Below the pieces are notes generated by a model that did not search any database, was not told the DNA's origin, and saw only the letters and a program-made list of their open reading frames with translations. The position numbers were made by a program, and so were the translations under genes. 64,000 bases of DNA from Minisyncoccia bacterium (GTDB lineage Bacteria; Patescibacteriota; Minisyncoccia; Phycocordibacterales; UBA918), in assembly GCA_964229335.1 (NCBI GenBank), contig CAXRCZ010000007.1:59275-123274 (forward strand). Reading direction: 5' to 3'. Positions 56,862-64,000 of this stretch are shown piece by piece; position 1 is the first letter of the stretch, and the number at the start of each line of letters is the position of its first letter.

Positions 56862-56877
56862 GATTAAATTCCTTTCA

Positions 56878-57633
56878 TTACCAACTAAGCCAGCGGTACC
56901 ACCACGGTTGAGCGGCTCGGCGTTGTTTGAGTTGTTGAACCGATTCGTGCATCGAGCGACTCCAGCTTCCATTGTTTTCACCAAAGTTGGCTGGGACTCT
57001 TTTCAGACGACCATCAGCTTCGCGTATTTTCTCCACAAAGCTTGGCGTCGGCATACTTTTTTGCCTGAGCCACGAGATACCGGCTGCAAAACCTGTACGA
57101 TCACCTGATCGATCATTGCTGTTTTCTTGAATCACAGCAGCAAACCGCTTAAGAAAGTCAACCGAATGAGAATCATCAGGAGGGTTTTTAATCTCCTCGG
57201 TTTTCTTACCACCCTTCTTATCAGTGGTCGATACTAATTTGGTTACTTTCTCAGGCGTCCGCATTCTTACCACTAGGGCACGAAATTGGTTAAGGTAAAA
57301 CTTACTGGCAAAATAGCCAAGGAAGCCATTACCGTAACCAGTTACAATCCATTCGCGAAATTTACGCAGGGTGGTACGTTCGTGCTCGTCGAGCTTAGCT
57401 TCGATACCATCCATGGCAATCTCATCTTTGAAACTAAAGAGACCGCCATGAGCCAGTTTCGCAGCACGCGATGATTTTTCAGAAGGCTCAGATCCACCCC
57501 AGACTGTCGATATAAAATCGTAAGCAATCCAGAGATTTCCGCCGGCCTGAAAAATCTCTTTGAAAATCTCAGAGATTTTTTCTAACCCACGTGTTTTCTC
57601 TTCAACTTCGTCGAGCTTTTTTTTGTCAGGCAT
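56878..57633 (-). CDS. Hypothetical soluble protein, first gene of the high-GC two-gene operon
   Basis: 251-aa ORF with no motif recognised. Confidence 0.55.
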   Translation of the reverse strand: MPDKKKLDEVEEKTRGLEKISEIFKEIFQAGGNLWIAYDFISTVWGGSEPSEKSSRAAKLAHGGLFSFKDEIAMDGIEAKLDEHERTTLRKFREWIVTGYGNGFLGYFASKFYLNQFRALVVRMRTPEKVTKLVSTTDKKGGKKTEEIKNPPDDSHSVDFLKRFAAVIQENSNDRSGDRTGFAAGISWLRQKSMPTPSFVEKIREADGRLKRVPANFGENNGSWSRSMHESVQQLKQRRAAQPWWYRWLSW

Positions 57634-57810
57634 TACTATATTCCTTTTTCAATACGCTAGTATTTTGCCAGATTGGGCAATCAAGCGGTTAAACACAAGC
57701 GGGGAAGCAGAGCCTCCCCATTCCACCTAAAATAATAGCATATTTATCAAATAAGTCAATATATAGCAATTTTTCTTGCCAGTCACTATATCTTTGCTAC
57801 TATTTGCCAC

Positions 57811-58842
57811 GTGAACAAAAAATCTCGAGATTTGCGTAGCCGTGAAGACAAAAGAAAGGCGGCTGCAGAAGATACCCGACCTAGACGAACGATTTCGTTC
57901 TACCGTTATGTGCAGATTGATAATCCGGAAGCTTTTCGAGAGCGATTATTAGACAAATGGCAGGAGCTTGAATGTCTAGGACGAATATATGTAGCCAAAG
58001 AGGGAATCAACGCCCAAATGAACGTACTAGAAAAGAAGTGGGATGAGTTCAATACTTGGACACAAACCCAGCCAGAACTAGCTGGTGTACCGTACAAAGT
58101 TGCGGTGGAAGAAGGCCAAGCGCCATCGTTCTATAAATTGGCTATCAAGCTGCGTGACAAAATTGTGGCTGATGGACTAGATGATAGTAGTTTCGATGTG
58201 ACTGATACTGGCGACTATCTGACTGCTGAGGAGATGAATCAATATCTTGATGATCCAGATGCGGTAGTGGTAGATATGCGAAATAGCTACGAGAGCGAAG
58301 TAGGGCATTTTGATGGGGCGATTACTCCGAAGGTAGAAACCTTTCGCGAAGAATTAAAGAAAACACCAGAATTATTAAAGGAACACAAAGATAAAAAAAT
58401 TGCTTTGTACTGTACTGGGGGTATTCGTTGTGAAAAAGCCAGTGCATGGCTCAAGCATAGTGGCTACAAAGATGTGCGACACCTCAAAGGCGGGATTATT
58501 GACTATGCGCACCAGGTAAAAGAGAAGCAATTACCGAATAAGTTTAAAGGTAAGAACTTTGTATTTGATGAGCGGCTTGGGGAACGAGTCGGCGAGGAAA
58601 TCATTGCCACTTGTCACCTGTGTCGCAAAGTCAAGAGTGACACTCACTACCACTGCCGAAACCAAATTTGCCACACATTATTTATTGGTTGTGATGAGTG
58701 TGTTGAGAATAAGCGTGGGTACTGCGGCAAAGTGTGTGAACTGATTGACAAACTACCCAAGCCTCTAAAAAAGAAAGCAGCGCGGTTTTACAATACTGTC
58801 GTCCGGGGACGTAAACAGTTTAAGAAAACTCGGCTGGTGTAA
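57811..58842 (+). CDS. trhO: tRNA uridine(34) hydroxylase TrhO (rhodanese-domain UPF0176/YceA)
   Basis: FYRYV...EGINAQM and the rhodanese loop YCTGGIRCEKA. C-terminal Cys cluster. Confidence 0.85.
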   Translation: MNKKSRDLRSREDKRKAAAEDTRPRRTISFYRYVQIDNPEAFRERLLDKWQELECLGRIYVAKEGINAQMNVLEKKWDEFNTWTQTQPELAGVPYKVAVEEGQAPSFYKLAIKLRDKIVADGLDDSSFDVTDTGDYLTAEEMNQYLDDPDAVVVDMRNSYESEVGHFDGAITPKVETFREELKKTPELLKEHKDKKIALYCTGGIRCEKASAWLKHSGYKDVRHLKGGIIDYAHQVKEKQLPNKFKGKNFVFDERLGERVGEEIIATCHLCRKVKSDTHYHCRNQICHTLFIGCDECVENKRGYCGKVCELIDKLPKPLKKKAARFYNTVVRGRKQFKKTRLV

Positions 58843-58887
58843 ACAAAATCCCTGCTTTAATACTAGTATTAAAGCAGGGATTTTTTG

Positions 58888-58968
58888 TGCGTGAGAGAGG
58901 ACTCGAACCTCCACGGATTGCTCCACTAGTTCCTAAGACTAGCGCGTCTACCATTTCGCCACTCACGC
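58888..58968 (-). tRNA. tRNA-Leu(TAG)
   Basis: Acceptor gcgtgag/ctcacgc. Anticodon loop ctTAGga. Long variable arm. T arm ggagg-ttcgagt-cctct. Confidence 0.9.
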
Positions 58969-59071
58969 GTAAATGTGGCGCTGAGTATAGCAAACAATTA
59001 GTACCAGTGCCAGTTGAAAATACGCTTGAACTATCGATATCACTGAGGTACACTCAGGCGCACCAACTATT

Positions 59072-59144
59072 CCGCCCATAGCTCAGTTGGTAGAGCAGGT
59101 GGCTCTTAACCACAAGGTCCTAGGTTCAAGTCCTAGTGGGCGGA
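59072..59144 (+). tRNA. tRNA-Lys(CTT)
   Basis: Acceptor ccgccca/tgggcgg (C1-G72). Anticodon loop ctCTTaa. T arm ctagg-ttcaagt-cctag. Confidence 0.85.
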
Positions 59145-59340
59145 CAACGTTAAGAAAAACTGTGCCTGCGCACAGTTTTTTAGTTGTCCGAGGCGGAGCT
59201 ATGTTTTTTCTCTTAACCTTGAGAAAAAGCCAGCGAGCCGGGGTCGCGAGTACTTAGCAAAATTTTTGCGAAGCGAATATTTTGGTTAGTAACTGGTGAC
59301 GTCAACGTAAAGAAAAACTGCCCAACGGCAGTTTTTCTAT
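59145..59340 (+). repeat. tRNA-linked element copy downstream of tRNA-Lys, bracketed by a duplicated flank-plus-terminator
   Basis: caacgttaagaaaaactg + hairpin at 59145-59182 recurs as caacgtaaagaaaaactg + hairpin at 59304-59340. The interior has cgaggcggag, agcgagccggggtcgcgagtacttag (59232-59257), gcgaag and ttagtaactggtgac (59286-59300). Confidence 0.7.
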
Positions 59341-59428
59341 TGGTGCCGGGAGCGGGACTCGAACCCGCACGCCCTGTAAGAGGCAAGGGATTTTAAGTCC
59401 CTCGTGTCTACCATTCCACCATCCCGGC
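59341..59428 (-). tRNA. tRNA-Leu(TAA) with encoded CCA
   Basis: Acceptor gccggga/tcccggc. Anticodon loop ctTAAaa. Long variable arm. T arm gcggg-ttcgagt-cccgc. Confidence 0.9.
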
Positions 59429-59451
59429 ATGCACTATCGAACAATGTTTTG

Positions 59452-59474
59452 TTCGTGAGTCCTGGGCGGGAATC
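59452..59474 (-). repeat. Exact 23-nt copy of the tRNA-Cys 3' end plus flank
   Basis: ttcgtgagtcctgggcgggaatc is identical at 59452-59474 and 59631-59653. Confidence 0.9.
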
Positions 59475-59636
59475 TTCCCACAGTTACTAATTCGTTACAC
59501 TCATAAGTACTGCTAGACGCGGCTCAACCGTTTCAATTTCTAGGAATGGAAATTGAACCATGTCTCCGCCGTTCGATTCCAGAAAGATTGTGCGCAGGCA
59601 CAATCTACCCATGCCTACGAAAACTTAGTTTTCGTG

Positions 59637-59708
59637 AGTCCTGGGCGGGAATCGAACCCGCGCATGGAGGTTTTGCAGACCTCAGCGTTACCACTTCGCC
59701 ACCAGGAC
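59637..59708 (-). tRNA. tRNA-Cys(GCA)
   Basis: Acceptor gtcctgg/ccaggac. Anticodon arm gaggt-ctGCAaa-acctc. T arm gcggg-ttcgatt-cccgc. Confidence 0.9.
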
Positions 59709-59767
59709 AGTAATAATTCGCTCCGTACTTTAGCATTTATATAATGCGGTGACAAAGCACAAACTAA

Positions 59768-60103
59768 CTAATCCTCACTCTCAAGTTGGCGAAAGACATC
59801 ATCTATATGTTGACGGTGCCGTTCACCAGCATCAATCATGAAGTCGAAGTGAGGAATTCTTTTTATCTTAGTGTGGCTTTTTAGATATTGCCGCATATCT
59901 CCACCCGAACGCTTCAAAAAAATAAGCGCTTCATTCTCCTTACCGTCAGGCAAGGTTGTGAAGAAAACTATTGCACGTTTCAAGTCAGGCGAAATATCAA
60001 TCCGTGTAATAGTAATTAACGGATCAGCATTGGCTTCTTGCTGTACAAACTTGGCTACGTTCTCCTGTAGCAAATGTGCTACTTTAGCTTGTCTTTCAGA
60101 CAT
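59768..60103 (-). CDS. rbfA: Ribosome-binding factor A
   Basis: 111 aa, directly downstream of infB. V..LL...V..F KH-like pattern. Confidence 0.8.
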   Translation of the reverse strand: MSERQAKVAHLLQENVAKFVQQEANADPLITITRIDISPDLKRAIVFFTTLPDGKENEALIFLKRSGGDMRQYLKSHTKIKRIPHFDFMIDAGERHRQHIDDVFRQLESED

Positions 60104-60106
60104 AGG

Positions 60107-61615
60107 TTAGGTGATTACTGTATCGTATGGCTTGAGATAGTCTCCAGCTGCGATTTCGCTACGGGTTTCAAGTTGCATACCAAATTCACCCTCTTCGACT
60201 TGGTTCACATCAGACTTACCTTGCTGCAGGTTTTTGATTACTCCGGTACCGATTTCTATGTCACGACGAGTAATTTTGACTGGTTGATTCATTTTGATTA
60301 CTCCTTCGTCCATTCGTCCACCAAGAACGTGAGTGTATTTTTGGGTACTAAAGTGTTTTAAGATTTTTACTGAACCTGTAGTTATCTTTTCTTCTTTTTT
60401 TGGAGTGCGGTTTTTAAGAGCCGTGTTAAGCCATTCTGATAGTTCGTAAATAATTGAGAAAGTATTAATCTCTACCCCTAATCGTTCTGCCAGGTCTTTG
60501 GCCGGCCGCTCTACTTTTACATTAAATCCGACGATAATCGCGTCAGGAGTTGCACTGACATTTTGGACGTCATTGGCAGTCACGTCACCGACACTACTAT
60601 CAATAACCTTTACTATAATTCGATCTGATTCAAACTTATCTAATTCGTGGCGAATGGCCTCAATGGTTCCGTACACATCTGCTTTGATTGCTATTGGCAC
60701 CACCGGCAGGCTACTAGCCTCATATGCTTGTTGCGGGTTATCCTTAGCGGTTTGGTTCTCCTCGACCAGTGCTTCAGCTTCCTTTTTACTACTCACTGCT
60801 TGAAAGTTGGTACCGACTTCAGGAACTTCATTAAAACCAATGACTTTCACTGGGATTGATAGACCAGCTTCTTTCACCGTTTTTCCTTGGAAGTCTTCCA
60901 TGATGCGTATTGGTGAGTAAGCAGTGCCCGACACGACAAATTGACCGCTAGCAAGCGTACCGTTGGTTACTAGTAGCGTAGCGGTATTTCCCCGACGAGG
61001 ATCAAGATTACTCTCAATTACCTTTCCGCTAGCGGCGGCGTTGGTGTCACCAGTAAGTTCGGCAAGGTCAGCTGTTAGACTAACGAGGTCTAGCAACTCC
61101 TCAATTCCTTCTCCGGTCTTGGCAGAAATTCCTGCCCAAGGAATATCACCTCCCATTCCCTCAATATAAATTTCGTTTTCAATCAGGCTGGTCTGAGTTT
61201 GAGAAATATTAGCCCCAGGCTTATCGATTTTATTGATGGCTACAATATAAGGAATATCTGCTTGTTTGATTGATTCGAGCGCCTCTAATGTCTGTGGCTT
61301 CACTCCATCTTCAGCCGATATGATTAAGATAGCAATATCTGCCACATCGGCTCCTCGCAAGCGCATCTTTTGAAACGCTTCATGGCCTGGAGTATCGAGG
61401 AAGGTCAGAGTCTCATCGCTCCCTTCTTTGGTCGTATGCTCCACTACATACGCTGAAAGGTGCTGGGTAATACCGCCCGATTCGGTATCTACCACGTTAC
61501 TCTTGCGAATGTAGTCGAGGAGAGTCGATTTTCCGTGGTCGATATGACCCATTACTACCACGATGGGGTGGCGCTTGATTACATTGGGAGCTGCTGTTTT
61601 TGTTTTTTTTGCCAT
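60107..61615 (-). CDS. infB: Translation initiation factor IF-2 (short N-terminus)
   Basis: RHPIVVVMGHIDHGKSTLLD, DTPGHEAF and NKID. Confidence 0.92.
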   Translation of the reverse strand: MAKKTKTAAPNVIKRHPIVVVMGHIDHGKSTLLDYIRKSNVVDTESGGITQHLSAYVVEHTTKEGSDETLTFLDTPGHEAFQKMRLRGADVADIAILIISAEDGVKPQTLEALESIKQADIPYIVAINKIDKPGANISQTQTSLIENEIYIEGMGGDIPWAGISAKTGEGIEELLDLVSLTADLAELTGDTNAAASGKVIESNLDPRRGNTATLLVTNGTLASGQFVVSGTAYSPIRIMEDFQGKTVKEAGLSIPVKVIGFNEVPEVGTNFQAVSSKKEAEALVEENQTAKDNPQQAYEASSLPVVPIAIKADVYGTIEAIRHELDKFESDRIIVKVIDSSVGDVTANDVQNVSATPDAIIVGFNVKVERPAKDLAERLGVEINTFSIIYELSEWLNTALKNRTPKKEEKITTGSVKILKHFSTQKYTHVLGGRMDEGVIKMNQPVKITRRDIEIGTGVIKNLQQGKSDVNQVEEGEFGMQLETRSEIAAGDYLKPYDTVIT

Positions 61616-61713
61616 AATTTCTCGAACTAAAAAAGCCTGTAACTAAGGCAGACTCTAGCGTGTAAGTGGCGGCAGTATAGCAGATATTTACTAGTTATTC
61701 TAGGTGTGTCATT

Positions 61714-62928
61714 ATGCGAACATATATGTTTTGGAAAACTGCACCAAAAAGGATATATCTGGATTACGCGGCAGCTACACCACTCTTGCCTGAAGTTGTG
61801 GCGGCTATGCAGCCGTATCTAGATAATTTGTATGCAAATCCCAGTTCGATTCATAGCGAAGGACAATTAGCCAGTGCTGCTGTTGAAGAAGCACGAAAGA
61901 ATATTGCTAGGACGTTTGAGGTGCGACCAGAGTTTATCACGTTTACCTCTGGCGGGACTGAGGCAAACAACCTTGCAATTAGAGGGTCTGTGATGGCGGC
62001 GCGCAAAGAGGGGCAAGATTTGTCTGAACTAGAAGTGATAACTACTAGAATTGAACATCCAGCCACTCTGAAAACAGTTGAAGCGCTAGCTCAGCGTGGA
62101 GTAACCGTACAGTATGTCAGTGTCGACGAGCGCGGTTTAATAGATATAGAAGAGCTGGAAAAGAAAATTTCAGCCAACACGGTTCTTATGACCACAACGT
62201 ATGCCAATAGTGAAATTGGCAGTATCCAAAAGTTACACACCATTAAAAAGACACTACGAAAAAAAGAACAGCAGTTTGGAAATAAAATACTTTTTCATGT
62301 TGATGCTGCCCAGGCTCCTCTATGGCTCAATTGTCAATTCGACGCTATGAAAGCTGATTTAGTTACATTTGATGCAGGGAAGTGTAATGGACCAAAAGGA
62401 GTAGGGTTACTACTCCGGTCACCTCGTGTTGCGCTAAAACCAGTTATCTATGGCGGCGGACAAGAAGATGGATTGCGGCCCGGAACCGAGAATGTGGCCG
62501 GTATTGTCGGTGCAGCAGTGGCGTTTCTCGAGGCTCAATCCAACTGGCGTAAAAATCAGGAGGCTATCAGTAAAACTAGAGATGAAGCGATTGCTTACAT
62601 CCAAAAAGAAATTCCTAATGCAATAGTAAACGGTGCTGTCGGAGAGTTGCGCCAAGCCAATAATATAAACATCTCTATCCCTGGACATGATACAGAGTTT
62701 GCCACCATAGTGCTCGATAAGCACGGCTTTGCCGTATCAACCAAGTCAGCCTGTGCTGGCGCGGGCGGGGGAGAAAGTGTAGTAGTGCGCGAGATTTCTG
62801 ATGAACCAGCTCGCGCCAGCTCGACCTTACGTATTTCACTTGCTCCAGACACCAAACTATCAGACCTTAAACGCCTTACAGCTGTTCTTACATCTCATAT
62901 TGAGAAAATGTCCAATTACACACCATAA
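61714..62928 (+). CDS. Cysteine desulfurase (class V aminotransferase, NifS/IscS-like)
   Basis: IYLDYAATTPL, HVDAAQA, and the C-terminal STKSACAG active-site Cys loop. Confidence 0.85.
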   Translation: MRTYMFWKTAPKRIYLDYAAATPLLPEVVAAMQPYLDNLYANPSSIHSEGQLASAAVEEARKNIARTFEVRPEFITFTSGGTEANNLAIRGSVMAARKEGQDLSELEVITTRIEHPATLKTVEALAQRGVTVQYVSVDERGLIDIEELEKKISANTVLMTTTYANSEIGSIQKLHTIKKTLRKKEQQFGNKILFHVDAAQAPLWLNCQFDAMKADLVTFDAGKCNGPKGVGLLLRSPRVALKPVIYGGGQEDGLRPGTENVAGIVGAAVAFLEAQSNWRKNQEAISKTRDEAIAYIQKEIPNAIVNGAVGELRQANNINISIPGHDTEFATIVLDKHGFAVSTKSACAGAGGGESVVVREISDEPARASSTLRISLAPDTKLSDLKRLTAVLTSHIEKMSNYTP

Positions 62929-62998
62929 GTTTTGACTTATTTTGCCAATTGGCGCAATATGCTGAGCGAACAGTTATTTATAGGACGGAGGTCAAACT

Positions 62999-63274
62999 AT
63001 GTGTATCTTTTTGCCTCTGGCCATGTGCTTTTTAGCTCCCCAACCAGCTGAAGCAATTCCTGAGGAAGTCCGCTCGATTCGGCTGCCAGAATGGTGTTTG
63101 GAAGTGACCGAAGAAGAGTTTGAGTCGATACCGTTAGGTAAATTCACTAGAACCAGTTGGTGGTGGATGTACGTGTTTCGATATAATAATAAAATCTATT
63201 CAATCACTTACTACAACAATCCAGTTTTTACCGCTGAGGTAACTTCTGGACGCTGTTATCAATTGGTTGGTTGA
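62999..63274 (+). CDS. Small secreted hypothetical protein
   Basis: ggaggt RBS and signal-peptide-like N-terminus. 91 aa. Confidence 0.45.
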   Translation: MCIFLPLAMCFLAPQPAEAIPEEVRSIRLPEWCLEVTEEEFESIPLGKFTRTSWWWMYVFRYNNKIYSITYYNNPVFTAEVTSGRCYQLVG

Positions 63275-63428
63275 AGAAGCAACAATTACGAAAGCCCGCG
63301 CAGAATTCGCGGGCTTTTCTTTTGACTTGCGTAGTCATCTATTGCAATATAGAGAGACGACTGCGTGGAGGAAAGACTGTTTTGACTGATAAGCTGAAAG
63401 AACTTATACAACGAACATATTTTTTGTT

Positions 63429-64000
63429 ATGCCGAATTTTCACAACTTTACCTCAAAGGCCAAAGAGGCTATTCGAAAGGCTCACGAGCTAGCTATTGAA
63501 CGTGGCCAAAATCACGTCAGCACTCTCCATTTACTGACAGCTTTGTCGATGCAAGATGATAGCGCGGTGATTGTGATGCTTGATCGCTTGGATATCGATA
63601 TTATTGCCTTTACCGATTTGCTCCTTGAGGCCTTGGAGACACCCGAAACCCAAAATACTATTTCTCAATCATACCAACTATATCTCACACCAGAGCTGGC
63701 CAAGGCGCTAGAGTTTTCTACTGTGTACGCAGAGCAACTAGGAGATACATACGTAGGAGTAGAGCATTTATTTGTCGCAATTCTTGAGAATCCTGGTCCT
63801 GCTGCTGAGATTATTCAGCGAAGCAATATTCAGAAAAAACAAGTACAAGACACTATTAAAGAGCTACGCGAAAACAATATTAGTGACGCAGAGATGCCAA
63901 AGAAGTTTCGTACGCTTACTAAATACACTCGCAATCTTACTAAGCTTGCTCAAGAGAACAAAGTTGATCCAGTTATTGGTCGCGACATAGAAATCCAACG
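63429..64000 (+). CDS. Clp/Hsp100 ATPase (ClpB/ClpC type), N-terminal part, runs off the window
   Basis: Open frame from the ATG at 63429 to the window end; not in the ORF track because it has no stop. Two Clp_N repeats (HVSTLHLLTAL, VGVEHLFVAIL) and LDPVIGRD-like VDPVIGRDIEI. Confidence 0.8.
   Translation, partial: MPNFHNFTSKAKEAIRKAHELAIERGQNHVSTLHLLTALSMQDDSAVIVMLDRLDIDIIAFTDLLLEALETPETQNTISQSYQLYLTPELAKALEFSTVYAEQLGDTYVGVEHLFVAILENPGPAAEIIQRSNIQKKQVQDTIKELRENNISDAEMPKKFRTLTKYTRNLTKLAQENKVDPVIGRDIEIQ

Noticed and set aside
1-64000. CRISPR arrays, prophage or integrase genes, IS transposases, and rRNA operons.
   Set aside because: No regularly spaced direct repeats with unique spacers were seen. 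No recombinase, transposase or phage structural motifs were seen in any ORF. No 16S, 23S or 5S signatures were seen.

Overview
The window looks like a gene-dense, roughly 42% G+C small bacterial genome of Patescibacteria/CPR type, possibly Saccharibacteria-like. That assignment is inferred from gene content: short IF-2 and ValRS, MYG1, and many VirB2/TrbC-like pilin paralogs. All product calls come from motif recognition by eye, with no database search.

The core content is housekeeping:
- Translation: typA, lepA, infB, rbfA, pth, rpsA, rpsU, valS, tsaD, trhO, ybeY and a DEAD-box helicase.
- Division and envelope: ftsA, ftsZ, an ftsB-like gene, murJ, lepB, and a Wzy/TPR membrane protein.
- Other: gyrA, trxB, msrA, mgtE, nhaA, hsp20, prsW, an ABC exporter, a cysteine desulfurase, and the start of a Clp ATPase.
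- RNA genes: RNase P RNA and 10 tRNA genes (Gln twice, Phe, Arg, Val, Glu, Leu-TAG, Lys, Leu-TAA, Cys).

Unusual observations:
1. Nucleotides 1-8168 are one perfect palindrome that runs into the sequence end. Its axis lies in three phased GTACGTAC octamers. The most likely cause is a fold-back assembly artefact, but a hairpin-telomere read-through is possible.
2. Five tRNA genes (Gln, Arg, Cys, Lys, Phe) are each followed by a duplicate of their own 3' end or 3' flank. Each duplicate brackets a member of one dispersed ~160-nt element family. At tRNA-Phe it instead brackets a 1.3-kb high-GC cargo island. A further solo copy sits between ftsZ and trxB.
3. tRNA-Gln is followed by an array of att-like repeats that separate single-gene cassettes.
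4. A 56-nt three-stem hairpin motif occurs three times, upstream of lepB and of the ftsB-like gene, with compensatory base changes in every stem.
5. Several roughly 52-63% G+C islands sit in the ~42% background: nhaA, an acidic/basic orphan, and a two-gene membrane operon beside five tandem pilin-like genes.
6. A PfpI/DJ-1 gene carries an in-frame TAA.
7. A HisRS paralog has degenerate catalytic motifs.

No CRISPR array, integrase, transposase or rRNA gene was seen.
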